A stretch of 64,000 nucleotides of DNA, from contig CAYSLI010000001.1 of NCBI GenBank assembly GCA_964431915.1, positions 47,240 through 111,239 on the forward strand, given 5' to 3'. The position numbers and the translations under genes are program-made. Positions 58,045 through 64,000 of this stretch are shown here, in pieces. This stretch comes from an uncultured Candidatus Saccharibacteria bacterium (GTDB lineage Bacteria > Patescibacteriota > Minisyncoccia > Minisyncoccales > CAZKCU01). Under the pieces are notes generated by a model, which saw nothing but the letters and a program-made list of their open reading frames with translations, ran no database searches and was not told the DNA's origin. Numbering within the stretch: position 1 is the stretch's first letter; each line of letters starts with the position of its first letter.

Positions 58045-59484
58045 ATGGTCATCAAAAAAGAATTTAATAAAATAACAGATTGGCTCTGGGAAATTCCGAA
58101 AAGTTTCAGGACTGATATGCGAGTCCCGGCAAGAGTTTATGTTTCAAAAAAACTATTAGAAAAGATAGAACCCGACGCAATAAAGCAAATTATTAATGTT
58201 GCTTCATTGCCGGGAATTGTAAAATATTCTTTAGCTATGCCCGATGCTCATACCGGCTATGGTTTTGTTATCGGTGGGGTAGCAGCTACAAGATATCCTG
58301 AGGGGGTAATATCACCCGGCGGAGTGGGTTATGATATTTCATGCTCTGTCCGCTTATTAAAATCAGATTATACCGAAGCAGAAATTAAACCCTACTTAGA
58401 AAAATTAGCTACTGAAATTCAAAGAGAGGTTCCTTCGGGTTTGGGACGGGGAAGAAAAATAAAACTTTCAATTGAAGAGATAGATAAAATTTTAGAGGGA
58501 GGAGTTCCTTATTTAGTAGAAAAAGGGTATGGCGAAAAGGAGGATATTGAATATTGCGAAGAAAAAGGGAAAATGCTTCAAGCTGATGCTTCTTGTGTTT
58601 CAGAACGAGCAAAAATGAGAGGAAGAGATCAGGTTGGCACTTTGGGTAGCGGCAACCATTTTTGTTCGTTAGAAAAAGTGGAAGAGATTTTTGATGAAAA
58701 GATTGCCGAAGTTTTTGGTCTATTTAAGGAACAAATAGTGGTAATGGTCCATTGTGGGTCTCGTGGACTTGGTCATCAAATTGCTACCGACTATATAAGA
58801 ATAATGATGCAAGCGATGCCGAAGTGTGGGATAAAATTACCAGATAGAGAGTTGGCTTGCGTTCCATTCAATTCTTCAGAAGGTCAAAGATATTTTAAGG
58901 CAATGTGTGCTGGTGTAAACTATTCCTGGTCGAATAAACATATGATTACTCACTATATTAGAAAAGCCTGGGGAAATGTTTTAGGGGAGAAAGCGAATCT
59001 TGGATTACTATATGATGTTGCTCACAATATTGCTAAGGTTGAGGAGCAGGACGTGAACGGTCAAAGAATGAAGTTAATAGTGCACAGAAAAGGGGCCACA
59101 AGAGCTTTTCCGCCAGGCCATTCAGAAATTCCAGAAAGGTATAAAGATGTTGGTCAACCAACGATTCTACCAGGAACGATGGGTACAGCATCTTATGTGA
59201 TGGTTGGCACAGAACAAGGCAAGGAGGCATTTTACTCAACTGCTCATGGAGCAGGAAGGGCAATGTCTCGGCATGCAGCAATGAGAGCGGTTAGAGGAGA
59301 GGAAGTAGTTAAAAGATTAAAGAAAAAAGGAATTTTAGTAAAATGCCGGTCAATGAAAGGAATTGCTGAAGAAGCCCCGATAGCCTATAAAAATATTGAA
59401 GATGTTGTTGAAGTAGTTCATAATGCCGGATTGTCAAAAAAAGTGGCAAAATTAGTTCCTCTGGCTGTCATTAAAGGTGAATAA
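58045..59484 (+). CDS. rtcB: RNA-splicing ligase RtcB (3'-phosphate/5'-hydroxyl RNA ligase)
   Basis: MPDAHTGYGFxIGG, GGVGYDISC, GSGNHF, HCGSRGLGHQ, and HGAGR (with the catalytic His) motifs. Confidence 0.95.
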   Translation: MVIKKEFNKITDWLWEIPKSFRTDMRVPARVYVSKKLLEKIEPDAIKQIINVASLPGIVKYSLAMPDAHTGYGFVIGGVAATRYPEGVISPGGVGYDISCSVRLLKSDYTEAEIKPYLEKLATEIQREVPSGLGRGRKIKLSIEEIDKILEGGVPYLVEKGYGEKEDIEYCEEKGKMLQADASCVSERAKMRGRDQVGTLGSGNHFCSLEKVEEIFDEKIAEVFGLFKEQIVVMVHCGSRGLGHQIATDYIRIMMQAMPKCGIKLPDRELACVPFNSSEGQRYFKAMCAGVNYSWSNKHMITHYIRKAWGNVLGEKANLGLLYDVAHNIAKVEEQDVNGQRMKLIVHRKGATRAFPPGHSEIPERYKDVGQPTILPGTMGTASYVMVGTEQGKEAFYSTAHGAGRAMSRHAAMRAVRGEEVVKRLKKKGILVKCRSMKGIAEEAPIAYKNIEDVVEVVHNAGLSKKVAKLVPLAVIKGE

Positions 59485-59513
59485 AAATGTTTAAAGTCGG
59501 ACTTTAAACATTT
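59485..59513 (+). terminator. terminator hairpin after rtcB
   Basis: 13-bp perfect stem AAATGTTTAAAGT-CGG-ACTTTAAACATTT starting right after the stop codon. Confidence 0.65.
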
Positions 59514-59599
59514 CCTTGATAAAATAACCTTGATAAAATAATTAAATTAGGTTAAGATATAAAATATTATGTTAATTCTTTTTAAGTGGTTTTTTATTT

Positions 59600-59764
59600 A
59601 TGGTAAAGAGAAGACTTCCCAAAAGCCTAAGGAAATTTATTCGCAAAGAGAAGGCTCGGATTCGCCGGGAAGTTTTTGACATAAAGGAACAAGAAAAACA
59701 AATTAGTGAAATATATGAAAGATTTCGACCTCAAAAACAAACTAAAAATAAAAATTCAAAATAA
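59600..59764 (+). CDS. possible 54-aa basic protein (not in ORF track)
   Basis: ATG 59600 ... TAA 59762-59764. MVKRRLPKSLRKFIRKEKARIRREVFDIKEQEKQISEIYERFRPQKQTKNKNSK. No family recognised; may be non-coding. Confidence 0.3.
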   Translation: MVKRRLPKSLRKFIRKEKARIRREVFDIKEQEKQISEIYERFRPQKQTKNKNSK

Positions 59765-59802
59765 TTCGCAGCATTCGCATTCGATTCGTAGATTCGCATT
59801 AT
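59763..59802 (+). repeat. ATTCGCA/ATTCGTA heptamer-type leader motif, copy 2 (immediately upstream of the NIF3-like gene)
   Basis: AATTCGCAGCATTCGCATTCGATTCGTAGATTCGCATTAT, then ATTTTT and ATG. 29/32 identical to 53500-53531. Confidence 0.8.
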
Positions 59803-59808
59803 ATTTTT

Positions 59809-60759
59809 ATGAAAATAAATGAGATTTACAACTTAGCTATAGAGATGGGGGTTGAAGTAGATTTCAGAGGGAAAGAAGGAGTAGAGAAGTTTTTAGAAAG
59901 AAAAAGGGAAAAATATGAAAAACTGGAGGATAAGGAGAAAGAAGAATTTGACAAAGAAGCTTTAGAAAATCCTTATTTAGATTCAAGAATTTATCATATT
60001 GCCACCGATATTAAAATAAAAAAAATCTTAGCCGGAATTGATATTGAGTCGGCAGAAATTCTAATAGCAAAAGAACTCGGCGCAGTCGATTTAGTTATTG
60101 CTCACCATCCTCTCGGTAAGGGATTAGCTCATTTAGCAGATGTGATGGATTTACAATGTGATGTTTTAAATTTTTATGGAGTCCCAATAAATATTGCTGA
60201 AGGGTTAATGAAGGAAAGAATTGATGAAGTGGCCAGGGGAGTGAATAAATTAAACCATCAAAGAACGGTTGATACTGCTAAATTATTGAAAGTGAATTTA
60301 ATGAATTCTCACACCCCCTGTGACAATTTAGCAGCAAAATTTCTAAAAAATTTAGTCGAAAAAGAAAAACCAGAAAGGGTTGGCGATTTAATGGATTTAT
60401 TAAAAGAAATTCCAGAGCATAAAGAAGCTCTTAAAATTGGGGCCGGTCCTAAGATTTTTGTGGGAGATAAAGAAAACCGCTGTGGTAAAATCGCCCTTAC
60501 TGAAATTACTGGAGGTACTGAGGGCTCGCCAAAACTTTATGAAAAAATGGCTCAAGCGGGAATCGGTACGATAATTGGAATGCATCAATCAGAAGAACAT
60601 CGGAAGGAAGCCGAAAGTGCGAACATCAATATAGTGATTGCCGGCCATATGTCTTCTGATTCTTTGGGAGTAAATATATTTTTAGATGAATTAGAAAAAA
60701 AAGGAATTGAAATTGTCCCTTATTCAGGACTAATTAGAATTTCTAGAGTTAAAAAATAA
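59809..60759 (+). CDS. NIF3-family (dinuclear metal centre / GTP cyclohydrolase I type 2-like) protein
   Basis: DLVIAHHPL motif and C-terminal GHxxSD (IAGHMSSDS) metal ligands, with an inserted middle domain. Confidence 0.75.
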   Translation: MKINEIYNLAIEMGVEVDFRGKEGVEKFLERKREKYEKLEDKEKEEFDKEALENPYLDSRIYHIATDIKIKKILAGIDIESAEILIAKELGAVDLVIAHHPLGKGLAHLADVMDLQCDVLNFYGVPINIAEGLMKERIDEVARGVNKLNHQRTVDTAKLLKVNLMNSHTPCDNLAAKFLKNLVEKEKPERVGDLMDLLKEIPEHKEALKIGAGPKIFVGDKENRCGKIALTEITGGTEGSPKLYEKMAQAGIGTIIGMHQSEEHRKEAESANINIVIAGHMSSDSLGVNIFLDELEKKGIEIVPYSGLIRISRVKK

Positions 60760-60785
60760 ATTTTACAAAAATAATATTAAATAGG

Positions 60786-60807
60786 AACTGGCTGAAAAGC
60801 CAGTTTT
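60786..60807 (+). terminator. terminator hairpin after the NIF3-like gene
   Basis: AACTGGC-TGAAAA-GCCAGTT followed by TTCTG (short U tract). Confidence 0.5.
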
Positions 60808-60823
60808 CTGATAAAGTTGAACA

Positions 60824-61711
60824 ATGAGAACAGGTAATCAAACTCAAGAGAAAGAAGAGATAAAAGCAATTAGATTTGCTCGCCCTTGGAGAGTTTTTGC
60901 TTTCGAGGCTTTTTTGTTTTCTTTGGCTTTAGTTTTGGGGATTACCACTGCCTTCAGACTCAATAGAATCTTAGAAATTCAAGAAATCTCTTTGCCCGGC
61001 ATTTCCTTTTGGTACTTTCTTTTTTATTTTCTTTTAACCGCTTTGTTTATTTGGTTAATTATTTCTTTTTCCGGAAAATTTAAAAAAGGGAAAGGGATAT
61101 TTTTTAAGGGGATTTTTATTTTAACCGTTTTCTGGGGAGGTGCCCTTTTACTTAGTCTATGGATTTTAGACATTTTCGCTTTGTTTTTAATGGGAATTTT
61201 AATTTTTTGGTGGTTTAAAAAACCTACAATTTTGGTTCATAATCTTTGTATTATTTTTGGAATTGCCGGAGCAGGTAGTATTTTAGGGTTAAGACTTGAG
61301 CCCTTGATAGTAGTGGCTCTTTTAATAATTTTCTCGATTTATGATTTCATAGCTGTTTATAAAACAAAACATATGGTAAAGATGGCAAAAGAAATGATTG
61401 AAATGGGAGCTATTTTAGCTTTAATTGTTCCTTCAAAAATTTCTGGTTTTAAAGCCGATTTAAAAAAAGTTGAACCCGGAGGAAAATTCTTAATTTTAGG
61501 CGGAGGAGACATAGTTTTTCCTTTACTTCTTTGTGTCTCTTTAGTTTCTGAAGGAATTTTAAATTCTCTAATTATCGCCCTATTTGCCCTATTTGGTCTT
61601 TTTTTCAGTTTTTGGATATTCGCCAGTCAAAAAATCCGAAAACCTATCCCTGCCCTGCCACCTATTGCCTTATTTTTGATAATTGGATTCCTGATTACCA
61701 GATTAATTTAA
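60824..61711 (+). CDS. presenilin / signal-peptide-peptidase-like intramembrane aspartyl protease (A22 family, archaeal PSH-like)
   Basis: Polytopic membrane protein with the paired catalytic motifs YD (FSIYDFIAV) and GxGD (LGGGDIVFP), plus a C-terminal PAL motif (IPALPP). Confidence 0.7.
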   Translation: MRTGNQTQEKEEIKAIRFARPWRVFAFEAFLFSLALVLGITTAFRLNRILEIQEISLPGISFWYFLFYFLLTALFIWLIISFSGKFKKGKGIFFKGIFILTVFWGGALLLSLWILDIFALFLMGILIFWWFKKPTILVHNLCIIFGIAGAGSILGLRLEPLIVVALLIIFSIYDFIAVYKTKHMVKMAKEMIEMGAILALIVPSKISGFKADLKKVEPGGKFLILGGGDIVFPLLLCVSLVSEGILNSLIIALFALFGLFFSFWIFASQKIRKPIPALPPIALFLIIGFLITRLI

Positions 61712-61794
61712 TGGACAAAAAAGCAAAGATCGAAAAATTAAATAAAAAAAATATTAGAAGAAGACTTTAAGAAGGTTAAAAAATACTTAAAATA

Positions 61795-62265
61795 ATGAAG
61801 TTAAAAAGGGAATTGTTATTCTATCTTGTTTGTGATAATATTAGGAGTTTGGAAAATATAGGTTCTCTTTTCAGAACAGCAGATGCTTTAGGGATAGATA
61901 AGATTTTTCTTTGTGGAATTTCTGGTACTCCTCCCCACCCCAAAATTTCAAAAACAGCCTTAGGGGCAGAGAACTGGATAAAATGGGAACATCACTGGCA
62001 ATGCTGGAGAGTTATTAAAAAATTAAAAAAAGAAAAAGTTTTTATTGTAGCCTTGGAACAAACAAAAAATAGCTTACCCTATGATAAGTTTAAAGCAAAG
62101 TTTCCCTTAGCGTTGGTAATAGGAAATGAAATAAAGGGAGTTTCAAAATCTGTTTTAAAAAGAGCAAATTGTGTAGTTTCTCTGCCAATGTTTGGCAAAA
62201 AAGAATCTTTAAATGTAGCTGTATCTTTTGGGATAGCAGGTTACGAAATAAACAAACTTAGATAA
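61795..62265 (+). CDS. SpoU/TrmH family RNA 2'-O-methyltransferase
   Basis: NIGSLFRTADA, LVIGNEIKGVS, and SLNVAVSFGI motifs (SPOUT knot). Confidence 0.85.
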   Translation: MKLKRELLFYLVCDNIRSLENIGSLFRTADALGIDKIFLCGISGTPPHPKISKTALGAENWIKWEHHWQCWRVIKKLKKEKVFIVALEQTKNSLPYDKFKAKFPLALVIGNEIKGVSKSVLKRANCVVSLPMFGKKESLNVAVSFGIAGYEINKLR

Positions 62266-62266
62266 A

Positions 62267-62317
62267 TTTTGGACATAATTTTGGACATCCGATGTCCAAA
62301 AATGTCGATGTCCAAAA
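62267..62317. repeat. (TTTTGGACAT)x2 followed by (ATGTCCAAAA)x2: nested palindrome between trmH-like gene and tRNA-Arg
   Basis: TTTTGGACAT at 62267 and 62279. Its reverse complement ATGTCCAAAA is at 62292 and 62308. The inner pair forms a 10-bp stem with a 3-nt loop. Confidence 0.9.
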
Positions 62318-62342
62318 ATGTAGCCCCGCCTCGCCCTTTTTT

Positions 62343-62415
62343 GCCCTCATAGCTCAACCGGATAGAGCGTGACCCTCCGGAGGTCAAAATCTCCGTTCGA
62401 GTCGGAGTGAGGGCA
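62343..62415 (+). tRNA. tRNA-Arg (anticodon CCG)
   Basis: Hand fold: GCCCTCA/TGAGGGC acceptor, GCTC/GAGC D stem, TGACC-CTCCGGA-GGTCA anticodon arm, CTCCG-TTCGAGT-CGGAG T arm, discriminator A. 73 nt; CCA not fully encoded. Confidence 0.92.
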
Positions 62416-62443
62416 CCTAAAAAAAAGCGGGGTGAAAGTCCTT

Positions 62444-62468
62444 AGTCAGGCAAACTTGCCTGACTTTT
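62444..62468 (+). terminator. terminator hairpin after tRNA-Arg
   Basis: AGTCAGGCA-AACT-TGCCTGACT followed by TTT. Confidence 0.6.
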
Positions 62469-62490
62469 GTCAACAAATCAAGGAGATAAA

Positions 62491-62518
62491 TTGACTTTGT
62501 TATAACTTTGAGTAAAAT
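62491..62518 (+). promoter_or_regulatory. candidate promoter for rpmH (would give a leaderless or near-leaderless mRNA)
   Basis: TTGACT (62491-62496), 16-nt spacer, TAAAAT (62513-62518). The rpmH ATG starts at 62525, 7 nt after the -10. Confidence 0.4.
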
Positions 62519-62524
62519 AGAAAT

Positions 62525-62659
62525 ATGAGTATTACCTTTCAACCAAAAAAGAAAAAAAGAAAACGTGTCCACGGGTTTTTGAGAAGAAAGAAAACTAAGG
62601 GAGGCAAAAGGATTTTAGCTAGACGAAGAAAAAAAGGGAGAAAGAAACTCACAGTCTAA
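62525..62659 (+). CDS. rpmH: 50S ribosomal protein L34 (not in ORF track, 44 aa)
   Basis: [44 protein letters not shown] matches the L34 consensus (TFQP...HGF..R....GR.vL.RRR.KGRk.LtV). Confidence 0.95.
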   Translation: MSITFQPKKKKRKRVHGFLRRKKTKGGKRILARRRKKGRKKLTV

Positions 62660-62696
62660 AATCTTCAGCTCGGCTTGAGATTTTAAATTTTTTTAG

Positions 62697-63035
62697 ATGT
62701 TACTCAAAGAGAACCGATTAAAAAAAAACAAAGATTTTGAAAGAGTTTTTAAAGAGGGAAAAGGATTTAAGGAAGATTTTCTGGTTCTAAAAATAGTAAA
62801 GAATAATCTAGAAAGCAGCCGCTTTGGTTTTGCGGTTAAAAAAACTTTTTTCAAAAAAGCTACCTTGCGCAACAAAATAAAAAGAAGATTAAGGGAATCA
62901 GTCAAAATAAAACTAAATGAAATTAAAAAAGGGATAGACGGAGTAGTAATAGCCAGGCCAGGATTGGAAACCAAGGATTTACAGGAGATTAAGAAAATAG
63001 TAAATAAGCTTTTTAAAAAAGCAAAAATAATCTAA
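62697..63035 (+). CDS. rnpA: ribonuclease P protein component
   Basis: [15 protein letters not shown]...RFGFAVKK...[10 protein letters not shown] (RNR motif). rpmH-rnpA order. Confidence 0.9.
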   Translation: MLLKENRLKKNKDFERVFKEGKGFKEDFLVLKIVKNNLESSRFGFAVKKTFFKKATLRNKIKRRLRESVKIKLNEIKKGIDGVVIARPGLETKDLQEIKKIVNKLFKKAKII

Positions 63036-63037
63036 AA

Positions 63038-63247
63038 ATGCTTAAAAAAATAATTTTAGAAATTATTAAATTTTATCAAATTTTTATTTCGCCAATCTTT
63101 GGCAAAAGATGCCGTTTTTACCCCAGTTGCTCAGAATACACCTACCTGACTATTAAAAAGTATGGTCTGTTAATAGGAGCCAAAAAAGGAATAAAGAGGA
63201 TATTAAAGTGTCACCCTTGGAATCCCGGGGGAGTAGACTTGCCCTAA
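63038..63247 (+). CDS. yidD: membrane protein insertion efficiency factor YidD
   Basis: IKFYQxFISPxxGxxCRFxPSCSEYxxxxIxKYG...RIxKCHPW signature. Confidence 0.92.
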   Translation: MLKKIILEIIKFYQIFISPIFGKRCRFYPSCSEYTYLTIKKYGLLIGAKKGIKRILKCHPWNPGGVDLP

Positions 63248-63250
63248 ATT

Positions 63251-64000
63251 ATGAGTTTTTTTATTAGTCTTTTTAACGTAATATTATACCAGCCCTTGTT
63301 TAATGCCCTAATTTTGCTCTACCAATATTTACCGGGGCATGATTTTGGGATAGCAGTTATTGTTTTAACAATTTTGATTAAGATTATTCTTTATCCTTTG
63401 GGAACCAAAGGAGTTAAATCCCAAAAAGCACTTTCTGAACTTCAGCCCAAAATAAAGGAAATTCAGGAAAAATTTAAAAACGATAAAGAAAAACAGGCCA
63501 GGGCCACGATGGAACTTTATAAGAAGGAAAAGATTAATCCTTTCTCAGGATGCTTACCTCTACTTGTTCAGCTCCCAATTTTAATCGCTCTTTACCGACT
63601 TTTTTGGAGAGGATTTGGGGAAAACCAGCTTAGTTTTTTATACAGCTTTGTTCCCAATCCCGGCCAGATTGATACTACTTTTTTGGGGATAACAAATCTT
63701 ACTCAATCGGCTGCTGTTAAAGTAAATGGAATTTCTCATTTGCTTTGGCCGAATATAGCGATAATAATTGGAGCCGGGATCGCTCAATTTTTTCAGACAA
63801 AAATGGTAACCCCAAAGCAAAAATCAGTAAAAAAAGGCTCGTCCGATTTTTCTCAAATGATGCAAAAGCAGATGCTTTATTTCTTTCCAATTTTCACAGT
63901 TTTTATTCTTTGGCGGTTTCCGGCAGCCGTCGCCCTTTATTGGTTAGTGGTCGCGTTATTTTCAATAGTCCAACAATATATTACTTTCAAACACCATGCT
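63251..64000 (+). CDS. yidC: membrane protein insertase YidC (5' part; runs off the window)
   Basis: Open frame from ATG 63251 to the window end (250 codons). ...LYKKEKINPFSGCLPLLVQLPILIALY... is the YidC/Oxa1 core motif. Follows rnpA-yidD. Confidence 0.9.
   Translation, partial: MSFFISLFNVILYQPLFNALILLYQYLPGHDFGIAVIVLTILIKIILYPLGTKGVKSQKALSELQPKIKEIQEKFKNDKEKQARATMELYKKEKINPFSGCLPLLVQLPILIALYRLFWRGFGENQLSFLYSFVPNPGQIDTTFLGITNLTQSAAVKVNGISHLLWPNIAIIIGAGIAQFFQTKMVTPKQKSVKKGSSDFSQMMQKQMLYFFPIFTVFILWRFPAAVALYWLVVALFSIVQQYITFKHHA

Noticed and set aside
1-64000. Alternative genetic code (UGA=Gly/Trp, as in some CPR lineages)
   Set aside because: Conserved genes end at TGA where expected (e.g. 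smpB, the GlmU-like gene) and are full length under the standard code. No conserved ORF is interrupted by in-frame TGA.

Overview
AT-rich (about 28-35% GC by eye), gene-dense, mostly housekeeping window. All calls come from reading the sequence and ORF translations; no searches were run. Gene content suggests a Patescibacteria/CPR (Parcubacteria-type) chromosome segment, but that is an inference. The features behind it are small proteins, archaeal-type PGI/PMI, EndoQ-like PHP protein, archease+RtcB, a presenilin-like protease, ComEA fused to a lamin-tail domain, and a minimal PilB. The window holds dnaA-dnaN (38.9-41.6 kb). Coding strand switches there from mostly minus (left) to mostly plus (right), so the replication origin is probably here. 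Other content: six aminoacyl-tRNA synthetases (leuS, metG, glyQS, ileS, argS, tyrS); smpB-tmRNA-infC-rpmI-rplT; rpmH-rnpA-yidD-yidC; one tRNA-Arg(CCG). RNA-repair genes: rtcA, archease, rtcB. DNA-repair genes: recO, PolX-PHP, EndoQ-like, fpg, MGMT, 5'-3' exonuclease. There is also a PAS histidine kinase with two receiver-only regulators, and indolepyruvate:ferredoxin oxidoreductase. I saw no rRNA, CRISPR array, transposase, integrase or obvious defence island. TGA is used as a stop, so the standard code applies. The unusual signals are not classic gene systems. (1) A family of 46-64 nt GC-rich hairpin repeats has at least 5 copies. Three abut start codons; one of those also supplies the fpg stop codon. 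Two sit in frame inside conserved genes (Nudix hydrolase, 5'-3' exonuclease), reminiscent of Rickettsia palindromic elements. (2) About 12 blocks of ~7-nt-period tandem repeats, each with its own unit, lie in frame inside conserved enzymes and in 5' leaders. (3) A nuclease-like ORF starts with a diverged duplicate of the IleRS N-terminus and sits directly upstream of ileS. (4) A PurF-like protein lacks the Cys1 nucleophile and the PRPP-loop RGTT. (5) tmRNA is packed between smpB and infC, overlapping the smpB stop codon and the only in-frame ATG of infC. (6) Several GC-rich structured intergenic islands have no family assignment. I cannot judge novelty of any of these without database searches.
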